In this document: positions 14,802 through 23,188 of the stretch, in pieces
How the letters are laid out: every line of letters begins with the position of its first letter
Numbering within the stretch: position 1 is the first letter of the stretch
From: Desulfotruncus alcoholivorax DSM 16058
GTDB lineage: Bacteria > Bacillota > Desulfotomaculia > Desulfotomaculales > Desulfallaceae
DNA length: 32,000 bases
Assembly (NCBI RefSeq): GCF_000430885.1
Contig: NZ_AUMW01000032.1
Span: 1 to 32,000 of the forward strand
Reading direction: 5' to 3'
Notes under the pieces: model-generated
Database searches by the model: none
The model's input: only the letters and a program-made list of their open reading frames with translations
What the model was told of the DNA's origin: nothing
Made by a program: the position numbers and the translations under genes

Positions 14802-16256
14802 CTAATCTTCTGAATATGTGACGCGCATAACTTCCTGCAATGTTGTCAGCCCTTGCAATGCTTTCTCAATACCATCTTGTTTCAGTGAAACCAGGCCGCA
14901 GCCAACGGCTTTTTCCCTCAGCTCGTCAGCAGCGGCATTTTTGACAATTAACTGGCGCAGCCCCGAGTTCACCACCAAAACCTCATGAATCGGCAATCGC
15001 CCGCTATAACCGGTATAACCACACTTATCGCAGCCCTTACCGCGGTATAGCTTGACCACTTCAGTTTGACTGACATTTATAAACCGTCTTTCAGGTGCGT
15101 CCGTCTCCAGGTAGTAATCCTCTTTGCAATGCAGGCAAATAACCCGCACCAGCCGCTGGGCCACTACCCCCAGAACTGATGCGGCCACCAGAAAAGACTC
15201 GGCGCCCATATCCAAAAGACAGGTAATCGCCCCGATAGCGTCATTGGTGTGCATGGTTGATAACACCAGGTGCCCGGTATTGGCTGCACGGATGGCTATG
15301 CGGGCAGTTTCTTTGTCCCTTATTTCCCCCACCATAATAATATCCGGATCCTGGCGCAATATTGAGCGCAAACCGGCGGCGAAAGTCATTCCAGCCTTAT
15401 AGTTGACCTGGGTTTGGTTTATACCTTCAAGCAAGTATTCCACCGGGTCTTCCACGGTAACGATATTCTTTTCCAAATCATTGAGCTGGTTGAGGGCGGC
15501 ATACATGGTGGTGGTTTTCCCGCTGCCGGTGGGTCCGGTTAAAAGCACCATCCCATGGCTGTTGCACAATAACTTTTTAAACAAGTTTAGATTTTTCTCG
15601 GAAAAACCGATTTGTTTAAGTGTATAAGCAGTTATGTCGGATCTGTCGAGCAAACGGGCCACCACCTTTTCACCGTAGACGGTAGGCAGGGTGGAAACAC
15701 GCAAATCGATTTCCCTTCGTTCCAATATCAGTTGAATCCGGCCGTCCTGCGGCAAACGTTTTTCCGCAATATCCATAGCAGACATGATTTTGATTCTGGA
15801 TATTACCGCCCCCATGTCTTTACGCGGCAGCTGCATCTTTTGACGCAGCATGCCGTCAATCCTGAAGCGGACCCGAATACCTCTCGCATTTGGCTCAAAA
15901 TGAATGTCGCTGGCTTTTTCTTCAATAGCCTGAATGAAAATAGAATTGACCAGGCGGATAACCGGAGCGTCACTGGCCATGGTTTCTTCTTTGAGGCTCA
16001 TTGCTTCATAATCCTGTGTACTATAATCCTGGTCATCTTTAGCAACCTGTTCAATATTCTTCAGGGATTCTTTCCGGTCGCCGGCAAGTTGCTCAATATC
16101 AGCCTCGGAGGCAAAGCCGAGCTTGATTAATATCCGGCCTAATTTTTCGCCGGTTTTTGTTTGGACCCTGATGGCCTCCCACAACTGTTCTTTGGTTATG
16201 ATTCCTTTTTCAATCAGTTGGTAACCTAAAATTTTCTTGGATGAGGGAATGTCCAT
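14802..16256 (-). CDS. Second GspE/PilB-family assembly ATPase with MshEN-type N-terminus
   Basis: It has Walker A GPTGSGKTTT, IIMVGEIRD, TGHLVLSTMHTN and CLHCK...CDKCGYTGYSGR. The start is set at ATG 16256 (MDIPSSKK...), 9 nt after an AAGGAG that overlaps the aroB stop. The track's 16361 start would overlap aroB by 90 nt. Confidence 0.9.
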   Translation of the reverse strand: MDIPSSKKILGYQLIEKGIITKEQLWEAIRVQTKTGEKLGRILIKLGFASEADIEQLAGDRKESLKNIEQVAKDDQDYSTQDYEAMSLKEETMASDAPVIRLVNSIFIQAIEEKASDIHFEPNARGIRVRFRIDGMLRQKMQLPRKDMGAVISRIKIMSAMDIAEKRLPQDGRIQLILERREIDLRVSTLPTVYGEKVVARLLDRSDITAYTLKQIGFSEKNLNLFKKLLCNSHGMVLLTGPTGSGKTTTMYAALNQLNDLEKNIVTVEDPVEYLLEGINQTQVNYKAGMTFAAGLRSILRQDPDIIMVGEIRDKETARIAIRAANTGHLVLSTMHTNDAIGAITCLLDMGAESFLVAASVLGVVAQRLVRVICLHCKEDYYLETDAPERRFINVSQTEVVKLYRGKGCDKCGYTGYSGRLPIHEVLVVNSGLRQLIVKNAAADELREKAVGCGLVSLKQDGIEKALQGLTTLQEVMRVTYSED

Positions 16257-16269
16257 ACCCGCCATCTCC

Positions 16270-17358
16270 TTACAAGCGCAGCGAATCCAATGCCAGCTTA
16301 ATTTTCTCCGCAGGCATGTTTTTATAAACCATAGCCTTACCGATACCGGCAGGCAGCACATAATTAATCTGCCCGCCGAAATTCTTTTTATCCCCGTACA
16401 TGGATCGCACCAGTTCCATTGTTGCCAGGTCCTTTGGCACAGCCACCGGGAGCTTTGCCCGTAAAAGCAGGTTTTTTATCCTTTTCTCCTCGCTCTCCTG
16501 CAACATGCCCAGTTCCGCCGCCAGCCTTGCCGCTACCGTTGTGCCGATGGAAACTGCCTCTCCGTGGCGGAAACGACCGTAGCCGGCAATGGCCTCGATG
16601 GCATGTCCAACAGTGTGACCAAGGTTTAAAATGGCCCGGTTCCCCTGCTCGGTTTCGTCAGCCTCCACCACCCTGGCCTTATTCAGGCAGGAACGTTCGA
16701 TTACATAGGCCATGGCGCCGGGCTCCAGCACCAGCACGCGATGGATATTGGCCTCAAGCCACTCAAAAAAAGCAGGGTCGCTGATAATCCCGTATTTAAT
16801 TACTTCCGCCAAGCCAGAGCGGATTTCCCCGGCGTCCAGGGTATGCAGCGTAGCAGGGTCTGTCAGCACCAAGGCCGGCTGGTAGAAAGCCCCGATAATG
16901 TTTTTTCCCCGTGGATGGTTTACCGCAACCTTGCCGCCAACGCTGCTGTCCACCTGGGCAAGCAAAGTGGTGGGCAGCTGTACAAATGGCACGCCCCGCA
17001 TGTAGGTTGCAGCCACAAAGCCGGCCAGGTCGCCCACAACACCGCCGCCCAGAGCCAGCACCGGGCAGCGCCGGTCCAAGCCTGCGGAAAAAGCGCAGTC
17101 GTAAAGCATTTCCGCGCTATGCAGTGTCTTATATTCCTCCCCGTCGGGAATTTCAGCAACAATGATTTCCAGGCCTGCCTGCTCCAGGCTGGCGGTAACC
17201 CGTTCGGCAAAGAGGGCTCCTACGGTGGGATTGGTTACAAGCAGCGCCTTGCGCCCGCCAAATAAGCCGGCCACGTGGCCGCCGGCCTGATCCAACGCCC
17301 CGCCACCGATGATTATTTTATAAGTCCGCTGTCCCAGGTTAATTACAACTTCTCTCAT
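16270..17358 (-). CDS. aroB: 3-dehydroquinate synthase
   Basis: The ORF is 362 aa. Motifs GGGVVGDLAGFVAATYMRGVPFVQLPTTLLAQVDSSVGGK and LNLGHTVGHAIE are typical of AroB. Confidence 0.95.
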   Translation of the reverse strand: MREVVINLGQRTYKIIIGGGALDQAGGHVAGLFGGRKALLVTNPTVGALFAERVTASLEQAGLEIIVAEIPDGEEYKTLHSAEMLYDCAFSAGLDRRCPVLALGGGVVGDLAGFVAATYMRGVPFVQLPTTLLAQVDSSVGGKVAVNHPRGKNIIGAFYQPALVLTDPATLHTLDAGEIRSGLAEVIKYGIISDPAFFEWLEANIHRVLVLEPGAMAYVIERSCLNKARVVEADETEQGNRAILNLGHTVGHAIEAIAGYGRFRHGEAVSIGTTVAARLAAELGMLQESEEKRIKNLLLRAKLPVAVPKDLATMELVRSMYGDKKNFGGQINYVLPAGIGKAMVYKNMPAEKIKLALDSLRL

Positions 17359-17909
17359 TGCACGTGCCCTTTTCGTTTTAAGTATTTATGTATTTCATTC
17401 AGCGCCTCACCAAAGGAAAGCTTGCCGGTATCAATGGTAAACTCAGCCATGTCATAGGCCCCTTCGCGCTCACGCAGCAGCCTTTCCACGTTTTCCCGCA
17501 AATTTCCCCGGCGCAGCAGCGGCCTGCGCCTTTTATTACGCACCCTGTTCAAGATAATTTCCGGGTCGGCTTTAAGCCCGATGAGCACACCGTTTTGTTG
17601 AAGCAGTCTTACATTTTCACTGTTGAGTACCATGCCGCCACCGGTAGCGATAACCAGGCCGGAGCGGGCGGACAGTTTGCGGGCCAGCAAGTTTTCCTCG
17701 GACCTGAACCTGATCGGCCCGTCCTTGCGGAAGATTTTCTCCACCGTTTTGCCTGTTACTTCCTCAATGGCAAGGTCGGTGTCAATAAAATCATAGCCGA
17801 TTTTCCGGGCCAGCTGCCGACCCAGGGTTGATTTGCCGGTTCCCATAAAACCTATTAACACAACATTTTTCCTGTTAATATTATTTTTCAACCTTAAAAC
17901 CCTTTCCAA
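17355..17909 (-). CDS. aroK: Shikimate kinase
   Basis: It has the P-loop [18 protein letters not shown] and the motifs DTD and GGG. The start is uncertain: TTG 17909 overlaps the aroC 3' end, and in-frame TTG/GTG alternatives lie a few codons downstream. The stop overlaps the aroB start. Confidence 0.85.
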   Translation of the reverse strand: MERVLRLKNNINRKNVVLIGFMGTGKSTLGRQLARKIGYDFIDTDLAIEEVTGKTVEKIFRKDGPIRFRSEENLLARKLSARSGLVIATGGGMVLNSENVRLLQQNGVLIGLKADPEIILNRVRNKRRRPLLRRGNLRENVERLLREREGAYDMAEFTIDTGKLSFGEALNEIHKYLKRKGHVQ

Positions 17910-19054
17910 TAGGTGCGGTACTCATCCACTCGCTGCAATATTTCCCGCATGGTATCTCCTCCGAATTTTTCAACCAATGCACACGCCAGCTCCCAGGCCA
18001 CAACAGCCTCGCCGACCACGCTGGCGGCAGGCACGGCACAGGCGTCGGAGCGTTCCACCGAGGCCTCAAAGGGCTGTTTGGTGTCTATGTCCACACTTTT
18101 CAGGGGCTTGTACAGGGTGGGAATGGGTTTCATGGCGGCCCGCAGCACCAGCGTTTCTCCATTGGACATGCCGCCCTCGATTCCCCCGGCCCTGTTTGTT
18201 TGCCTGTAGTAGCCCCGGTGCATGTCATAAAAAATTTCATCATGTACCTGGGAGCCCCTGCGGGCGGCCGCGTTAAACCCGTCCCCCACCTCAACGCCCT
18301 TGATGGCCTGAATGCTCATCAGCGCGCCGGCCAGTCTGCCGTCCAGGGTCAAATCCCGCTGGACGTAACTGCCCAGTCCGGGGGGCAGGCCAAATACTTT
18401 TATCTCAAATATGCCGCCGAGGGTGTCCCCTGCGGTACGGGCCTGTTCAATTGCATTGATCATTTTCTCGGACGCGGCAGGGTCCGCGCAGTAAACAGGT
18501 GAACTTTCCACCGCCCTGCTGAGCCGGTCAGCGTCCATATTGACTTCCCCGGCGCAAATTTCACCTATCCGCACCACTGAGCCAACAACGATTACGCCGG
18601 TTTCCTCCAGCAGGCGCCGGGCCACCGAGCCGGCCGCCACCCGGGCCGCCGTTTCGCGGGCACTGGAGCGTTCCAATACATTGCGCAGGTCCCTGTGGCC
18701 GTATTTAACGCCCCCGGTTAAATCGGCATGCCCGGGCCTGGGACGGGATACAGTGCGCCGGCTCAGGTCTGCTTCCGGTCCCGGGGACATAACCTCCCGC
18801 CAGTTCTCCCAGTCTTTGTTCTCTATGGTAAGGGTCACCGGGCTGCCTATGGTCATCCCGCCCCTGACTCCGGAAGTAATCATCACCCTGTCCTGCTCAA
18901 TCTTCATTCTCCCGCCCCTGCCGTAACCGCCCTGGCGCTTGGCCAGCTGCCGGTCAATATATGCGGCCGTCAAGGGCAGCCCGGCTGGAACCCCGTCCAA
19001 TACGGCGGTTAACCTGGGGCCGTGGGACTCTCCGGCCGTTAGATAACGCAGCAA
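17894..19054 (-). CDS. aroC: Chorismate synthase
   Basis: It begins [13 protein letters not shown]..., the canonical AroC N-terminus, from TTG 19054, which lies 7 nt after GGGAGGG. The 55 extra codons in the track ORF (to 19219) run through repeat B and into aroE, so I dropped them. Confidence 0.93.
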   Translation of the reverse strand: MLRYLTAGESHGPRLTAVLDGVPAGLPLTAAYIDRQLAKRQGGYGRGGRMKIEQDRVMITSGVRGGMTIGSPVTLTIENKDWENWREVMSPGPEADLSRRTVSRPRPGHADLTGGVKYGHRDLRNVLERSSARETAARVAAGSVARRLLEETGVIVVGSVVRIGEICAGEVNMDADRLSRAVESSPVYCADPAASEKMINAIEQARTAGDTLGGIFEIKVFGLPPGLGSYVQRDLTLDGRLAGALMSIQAIKGVEVGDGFNAAARRGSQVHDEIFYDMHRGYYRQTNRAGGIEGGMSNGETLVLRAAMKPIPTLYKPLKSVDIDTKQPFEASVERSDACAVPAASVVGEAVVAWELACALVEKFGGDTMREILQRVDEYRTYWKGF

Positions 19055-19089
19055 ATTCTTTCCCTCCCGGATATTAAGATAAAACATAT

Positions 19090-19120
19090 ATTGCTTCGTC
19101 GTTTCACTCCTCGCAATGAC
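19090..19120. repeat. Repeat family B, copy 1 (aroE-aroC spacer)
   Basis: ATTGCTTCGTCGTTTCACTCCTCGCAATGAC is the reverse complement of 25312-25342 with one mismatch. Confidence 0.85.
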
Positions 19121-19140
19121 ATGAACCGGATGATGCAGTT

Positions 19141-20037
19141 TTAAGAGGAAGTACGTCCCTTTTCCATTAATGCCAGCGCACCGCGCATGGCCTCCAGCGG
19201 GGCTGTCACGCCTGTCCAAAACTCAAAGGAGAGCGCACCCTGGCGCAAAAGCATGCTCAGCCCGTTGGCCGAAGCTGCGCCGTTTCGCTCCGCCCTTTGC
19301 ATAAATGCCGTATGCGGTGGGTTATAAACAACATCGTAAGCCAGCTGCCCGCTGCCGGGTAACTCATCCGGCAGCGGAAAAACCGCCTCCGCACCGCCGG
19401 ACATGCCAATGGAAGTGCAATTGACCATTAATGCTGCTTTTTGGGCCCAAACAGCCAATTCTTTATTCCCGGATTCCCATTCAAATACCTCAACCTGAAC
19501 CCCTGTGGCATCCCGGATAAAGCCGGCTATTTTTTCCGCTTTAGCAATGCTGCGGTTAACCAGTGCCACCCCGGGGCAGCCAGATCTTGCCAAAGCCAGT
19601 ACCACCGCCCTGGCTGAGCCGCCGGCCCCGAAAACCATTGCCGTCCCGCCTGCCGGGTCAAAACCGCAATCTTCTTTTAAAGCCTGGATAAACCCCGCGC
19701 CATCCGTATTATGTCCGGTCAGCCTGCCGCCGCGGTTTATTATAGTATTAACTGCGCCGTAAGCCGCCGCAGCTTCTGTAAGCCCGTCCAAAAAAGGAAT
19801 CACTGTCTCCTTGTGGGGGACGGTAACGTTCGCGCCTGCTATGCCCAGGGCCCTGATTCCTGCTATCGCAGCCTTTAGTTCTTCGGGCCGGGGGCTGAAC
19901 GGCACGTAAACACAATTCAGGCCGGCTGCCTCAAACGCGGCGTTTTGCATCGCCGGCGAGAAGCTGTGCTCCACCGGGTAACCTAATAGGGAATAAACCT
20001 TGGTTTTACCGTCAAAAATAAATATCACTCCGATCAA
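19141..20037 (-). CDS. aroE: Shikimate dehydrogenase
   Basis: It has [28 protein letters not shown] and the NAD(P) motif [11 protein letters not shown]. The start codon is uncertain because no clear SD precedes TTG 20037. Confidence 0.9.
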   Translation of the reverse strand: MIGVIFIFDGKTKVYSLLGYPVEHSFSPAMQNAAFEAAGLNCVYVPFSPRPEELKAAIAGIRALGIAGANVTVPHKETVIPFLDGLTEAAAAYGAVNTIINRGGRLTGHNTDGAGFIQALKEDCGFDPAGGTAMVFGAGGSARAVVLALARSGCPGVALVNRSIAKAEKIAGFIRDATGVQVEVFEWESGNKELAVWAQKAALMVNCTSIGMSGGAEAVFPLPDELPGSGQLAYDVVYNPPHTAFMQRAERNGAASANGLSMLLRQGALSFEFWTGVTAPLEAMRGALALMEKGRTSS

Positions 20038-20055
20038 AGCATAGCTGCGGAAAGC

Positions 20056-20586
20056 TTATCTTACAGTATATTTTTGGTCCTCATGCGACACCCTGCTGGA
20101 AATTTTTTTTAGAACCAGCTTTTCCAGCCGCCGGTTAATCAAATTGGTGGCCCAAAATTCCCTACCCGACATGGGAACAACCAGTATGGTAAACAGGCCC
20201 AACCTGTTGCCGCCCAGGATGTCGGTAAATATTTGATCACCCACCACCGCGGTTTCCGAGTGCTTCACTCCGAGAATGTCCATGCCTTTTGTAAACGCCT
20301 GGCGCATTGGTTTTACCGCTCTGACGACGTAAGGTATATTGAACGGTGCAACCAGTTTATTCACCCTGGCCGTACCGTTGTTTGACACGACACAAAGTTT
20401 CAAACCATGTTCCCGTAACCGTTTAAGCCACATCACAACTTCCTGGGAAAATTCCTCCCTGTCCCTTGGAACAATTGTATTATCCAGGTCCATTAACAGT
20501 GCCTTGATGCCTCTTTTTTTCAGTTCCAGCGGGTCAACATCCAAGATAGAAGGTACATACATGTGAGGATAGAGTATGCGCAGCAT
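20056..20586 (-). CDS. yqeG: YqeG-family HAD-IIIA phosphatase
   Basis: HAD motifs are present: LLMDLDNT, VVSNN and GDQIFTDILGGN. Size and position upstream of aroE match B. subtilis yqeG. Confidence 0.85.
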   Translation of the reverse strand: MLRILYPHMYVPSILDVDPLELKKRGIKALLMDLDNTIVPRDREEFSQEVVMWLKRLREHGLKLCVVSNNGTARVNKLVAPFNIPYVVRAVKPMRQAFTKGMDILGVKHSETAVVGDQIFTDILGGNRLGLFTILVVPMSGREFWATNLINRRLEKLVLKKISSRVSHEDQKYTVR

Positions 20587-20596
20587 TTTTGCCCCC

Positions 20597-21193
20597 CTAT
20601 AACATTGTTTGCGCTTTTTTTAAATCCTCCGGCGTATTCACATTAAAAAAAATCTTATCCAGGTCTGTTTCTGCTTCAAGCATTTTTTGTTCATTTAAAA
20701 AATTAACTTTTACCCTTTCATAAAAACCGGTGATTTTGTTGAGGTTGTGACGTAACAATTCTTCTATAACTTTAAGGCAAGACTTGCTATATAATGCAAA
20801 TAACGGCTCCGGAAATCCACGATAGAACGGTACCACTGCATCATAACCCGCAGCATTGTTGACCAAAAGTTCAGCCAGCCCGGCACTGACAAATGGCATG
20901 TCACAAGCAGTTACCAGGGCAAAATGGTGTCCTGCACTGGCAACCCCGGCATGAATTCCGCTCAGCGGCCCATGTCCGGCAATAATATCTTTAACTGTCC
21001 TGTCACCATACCGGGCATATTTATCAGGCTCCGAGGTTACAATAATAATCTCTTCTGATACGCTTCTCAATATATAGGAAACATGTTCTATGATAAAATG
21101 CGGCCCTACCTTCAGCAGGGCCTTTTCCGTACCCATACGCGCGTTTTTGCCACCTGCCAGAATGATGCCCGAAATACCGGTCATTTGCATCAT
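20597..21193 (-). CDS. mobA: Molybdenum cofactor guanylyltransferase
   Basis: It has GIILAGGKNARMGTEKALL plus a downstream DMPF-type motif (ACDMPFV). The start is ATG 21193, which follows GGGAGA. Confidence 0.8.
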   Translation of the reverse strand: MMQMTGISGIILAGGKNARMGTEKALLKVGPHFIIEHVSYILRSVSEEIIIVTSEPDKYARYGDRTVKDIIAGHGPLSGIHAGVASAGHHFALVTACDMPFVSAGLAELLVNNAAGYDAVVPFYRGFPEPLFALYSKSCLKVIEELLRHNLNKITGFYERVKVNFLNEQKMLEAETDLDKIFFNVNTPEDLKKAQTML

Positions 21194-21236
21194 AAGACAT
21201 CTCCCAATGGTTGCCGGCACATTTATTGTTACTATT

Positions 21237-21315
21237 CAGGTAGTCAGAATTCAGTAGTTAGAATTCAGAATGCCCCGGTACAAATGTTTTCGCCGGTTCT
21301 CTCATTCTGACTCCT
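21237..21315. repeat. Palindromic repeat family C, copy 2, with internal tandem 14-mer
   Basis: AGTCAGAAT (21242-21250) pairs with CATTCTGACTCCT (21303-21315). A tandem GTAGTCAGAATTCA / GTAGTTAGAATTCA occupies 21240-21267. The right half is nearly identical to 13541-13563. Confidence 0.8.
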
Positions 21316-21490
21316 GAGTACCATTTTTATATTATATTCTGCGCAGCCCGGCTAAGTGTTTAAACCAATTTCAATTAAAATAAGATCTGCCGTTATGCTA
21401 TTATTCTACATTCTCAAAAAATTTCCTTCGCTGGCATTAAATAATGTGGTGCTTAAAAGGGGCAGACTAAGAAAAAAGGAGGTTTTTCAC

Positions 21491-21721
21491 GTGGACAAAG
21501 TATTACTTTACACCACCCCGACATGACCGCACTGCCGTACAGTGAAAGAGTTTCTTTCTCAAAAAGGAGTCCAATTCCAGGAACTGAACGTGGCAGTCGA
21601 TGAAAAAGCGCGCAATGATATGGTATCCCATACGGGCATGATGGCAGTCCCAACCGTAGTCATAGGAAACCAGTACATTGTAGGCTTCGATCGTGAAAAA
21701 TTAGAGAAAGTATTACACTAA
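21491..21721 (+). CDS. Glutaredoxin-like (YruB/NrdH-type) protein with in-frame TGA at the first CxxC position: candidate selenoprotein
   Basis: AAGGAGG (21476-21482) lies 8 nt before GTG 21491. The translation is VDKVLLYTTPT-[TGA 21524-21526]-PHCRTVKEFLSQKGVQFQELNVAVDEKARNDMVSHTGMMAVPTVVIGNQYIVGFDREKLEKVLH*. This is collinear with about 75-aa glutaredoxin-like proteins (..YT.PTCPYC..K.FL...GV.F.E.DV..D..A..EM....G...VP...I.G..I.GFD...L..LL). A strong terminator follows. The gene is missed by the stop-to-stop ORF track. Confidence 0.6.
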
Positions 21722-21726
21722 ACACG

Positions 21727-21768
21727 AAAAAACGCGCGCCCAAACCAATCCATTGGCGCGCGTTTTAT
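21727..21768. terminator. Bidirectional rho-independent terminator
   Basis: The sequence is AAAAAACGCGCGCC-N14-GGCGCGCGTTTTAT. A 9-bp GC stem is flanked by an A-run on one side and a T-run on the other. It lies between the convergent glutaredoxin-like gene and the fmdB-type gene. Confidence 0.8.
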
Positions 21769-21860
21769 ATCAATACAGCAAGTAAATTAAAAAAGACAGG
21801 TTTCAATTGCCATGCTCTGTTTCTTAATACGGCACACGGCCGTTGCTATTATTATATTCC

Positions 21861-22070
21861 TCAACCTCCACCAAAGCCGCCACCGGTAGCGGGAAGGTCG
21901 CAACCGCCGCCTCCACCTCCGGTACGCACGGAACACCCGGTAAATAACTGCTCTACTTTACCTTGGCCGCAGGCCGGGCACTTAACTTTATCTTTTTCAC
22001 TGATAGCAACAAAAATGGTAAATTTATGACCGCACTCACTGCACCTAAAATCATAAGTAGGCAAATCCAT
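21861..22070 (-). CDS. FmdB-family zinc-ribbon protein with Gly-rich tail
   Basis: It reads PTYDFRCSECGHKF...KVKCPACG, the CxxC...CxxC zinc ribbon, followed by TGGGGGGCDLPATGGGFGGG. Confidence 0.8.
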   Translation of the reverse strand: MDLPTYDFRCSECGHKFTIFVAISEKDKVKCPACGQGKVEQLFTGCSVRTGGGGGGCDLPATGGGFGGG

Positions 22071-22089
22071 TTACCTCCCAAATTTAAAC

Positions 22090-22260
22090 TTATACTGTTA
22101 TAGCCCCGTTGGGGCAGGTAAATACACACTCCTCGCACTCGTCACACAAATTTTCATCCACATGTGCGGTTTTAACCCTGATGGTTATAGCCTGTTTGTG
22201 ACACATTTGGCTACATACTCCGCAGCCAATACACAATGTTTTAATTACCATGGCAGCCAT
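22090..22260 (-). CDS. Small 2x[4Fe-4S] ferredoxin (56 aa), absent from the ORF track
   Basis: The minus strand reads MAAMVIKTLCIGCGVCSQMCHKQAITIRVKTAHVDENLCDECEECVFTCPNGAITV*. Two CxxCxxCxxxC(P) motifs are present. It lies immediately upstream of the zinc-ribbon gene and downstream of a consensus promoter. Confidence 0.75.
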   Translation of the reverse strand: MAAMVIKTLCIGCGVCSQMCHKQAITIRVKTAHVDENLCDECEECVFTCPNGAITV

Positions 22261-22294
22261 ATAAGATCATTATCCTTTCAATCTATATGGCTTT

Positions 22295-22323
22295 ATTATA
22301 ATATACAAATATGCATTTATCAA
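22295..22323 (-). promoter_or_regulatory. Near-consensus sigma-A promoter for the ferredoxin/zinc-ribbon pair
   Basis: The minus strand reads TTGATA-17 nt-TATAAT, about 35 nt upstream of ATG 22260. Confidence 0.6.
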
Positions 22324-22331
22324 CTAGAAAA

Positions 22332-23099
22332 TTAACTTAATTCGGATCTTTTAAATAACTGGATAAAATTTAAAATAAATTGCATTTCTTTTTCATTAAG
22401 GTTGCATACCAGGTTAAGCACAGCTTGTACATTGGGATGCATCAGCATTTCCCGCAGTTCCGGGTTCATCAGGCTTAACATCTGGTCGACCGCCCCGGGC
22501 TCCATAATGAAATAACATGGGGAAACGCCCATTACTTCAGATATTTTTTCAAGTGTTTTAAGTGATGGCTGTACTTTTCCATGCTCAATCTGTCCGATCA
22601 GCCCGGCGGTCACCCCGGCCAGTCCGGCCAACTGGGCCTGGGTTAAGCCATATTCTTCCCGCAGCGATTTTAACTTATGTCCAAGGGATCCCTCGTGGCT
22701 GATAAGCGAGGTAACAGGCACTCCCAGCCCCTCAGCGATTTTTTTCAGTGTGGCTAAAGCAGGATAGACCGTTCCTCTTTCAATTTCGCTGCAATAGGAT
22801 AAGGATATCTCCGCACTTTGGGCCAAATCCTGAAGGGACATATTTTTTTCCGAACGCAATAACCTTATTTTGTCTCCCAGTGACAGACCTGTATCGGCGA
22901 CATCTCCTTTAATCAGCTGCGATTTGGAAACATTCAACGCAGCTGCAAGTTTGTCAATGGTTTTTAATGACGGGCGCTTGGACCCCCGCTCTATTTCACT
23001 CAAATAAGATAACGATAAACTGGCCCGTTTAGCCAGGTCATTTAAAGTATAACCACGCTCTTCTCTTAAAGCCCTAATCTGCTCTCCCCTAACAATCAT
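22332..23099 (-). CDS. XRE-family transcriptional regulator with three tandem Cro/C1 HTH domains
   Basis: Three repeats of the pattern IR.LREE.G.TL.DLA....LS.SYLSEIERG...PSL.TL.K.A..L.V occupy residues about 5-65, 75-135 and 140-200. Confidence 0.85.
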   Translation of the reverse strand: MIVRGEQIRALREERGYTLNDLAKRASLSLSYLSEIERGSKRPSLKTIDKLAAALNVSKSQLIKGDVADTGLSLGDKIRLLRSEKNMSLQDLAQSAEISLSYCSEIERGTVYPALATLKKIAEGLGVPVTSLISHEGSLGHKLKSLREEYGLTQAQLAGLAGVTAGLIGQIEHGKVQPSLKTLEKISEVMGVSPCYFIMEPGAVDQMLSLMNPELREMLMHPNVQAVLNLVCNLNEKEMQFILNFIQLFKRSELS

Positions 23100-23162
23100 T
23101 TGTAAACACTCCCGGAATTTTTTATCTTACGGAGCAATAGTTAACTTTTTGTAATTTTTTAA

Positions 23163-23188
23163 AACTATGTACTTTTTGTAACATAGTT
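23163..23188. promoter_or_regulatory. Candidate operator (8-bp inverted repeat) upstream of the XRE regulator
   Basis: AACTATGT-N10-ACATAGTT lies 64-90 nt upstream of ATG 23099 in an AT-rich region. There is no direct evidence of binding. Confidence 0.3.

Noticed and set aside
16257-16361. An N-terminal extension of the second pilB ORF (MCCLPVSVRLWF...).
   Set aside because: It overlaps the last 30 codons of aroB in another frame and has no SD. ATG 16256 has AAGGAG 9 nt upstream and begins the conserved GspE N-domain.
19055-19219. A 55-codon N-terminal extension of the aroC ORF (track 17894-19219).
   Set aside because: The extension translates repeat family B (..[10 protein letters not shown]..) and overlaps the aroE 3' end. 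The canonical AroC N-terminus (L)[11 protein letters not shown] starts at TTG 19054 with GGGAGGG 7 nt upstream.
21453-21653. A 66-aa minus-strand ORF (MGLPSCPYGIPYHC...).
   Set aside because: It is antisense to the glutaredoxin-like gene. That gene has an SD, family-wide similarity and a terminator. This ORF has a TTG start with no SD and no recognisable fold.
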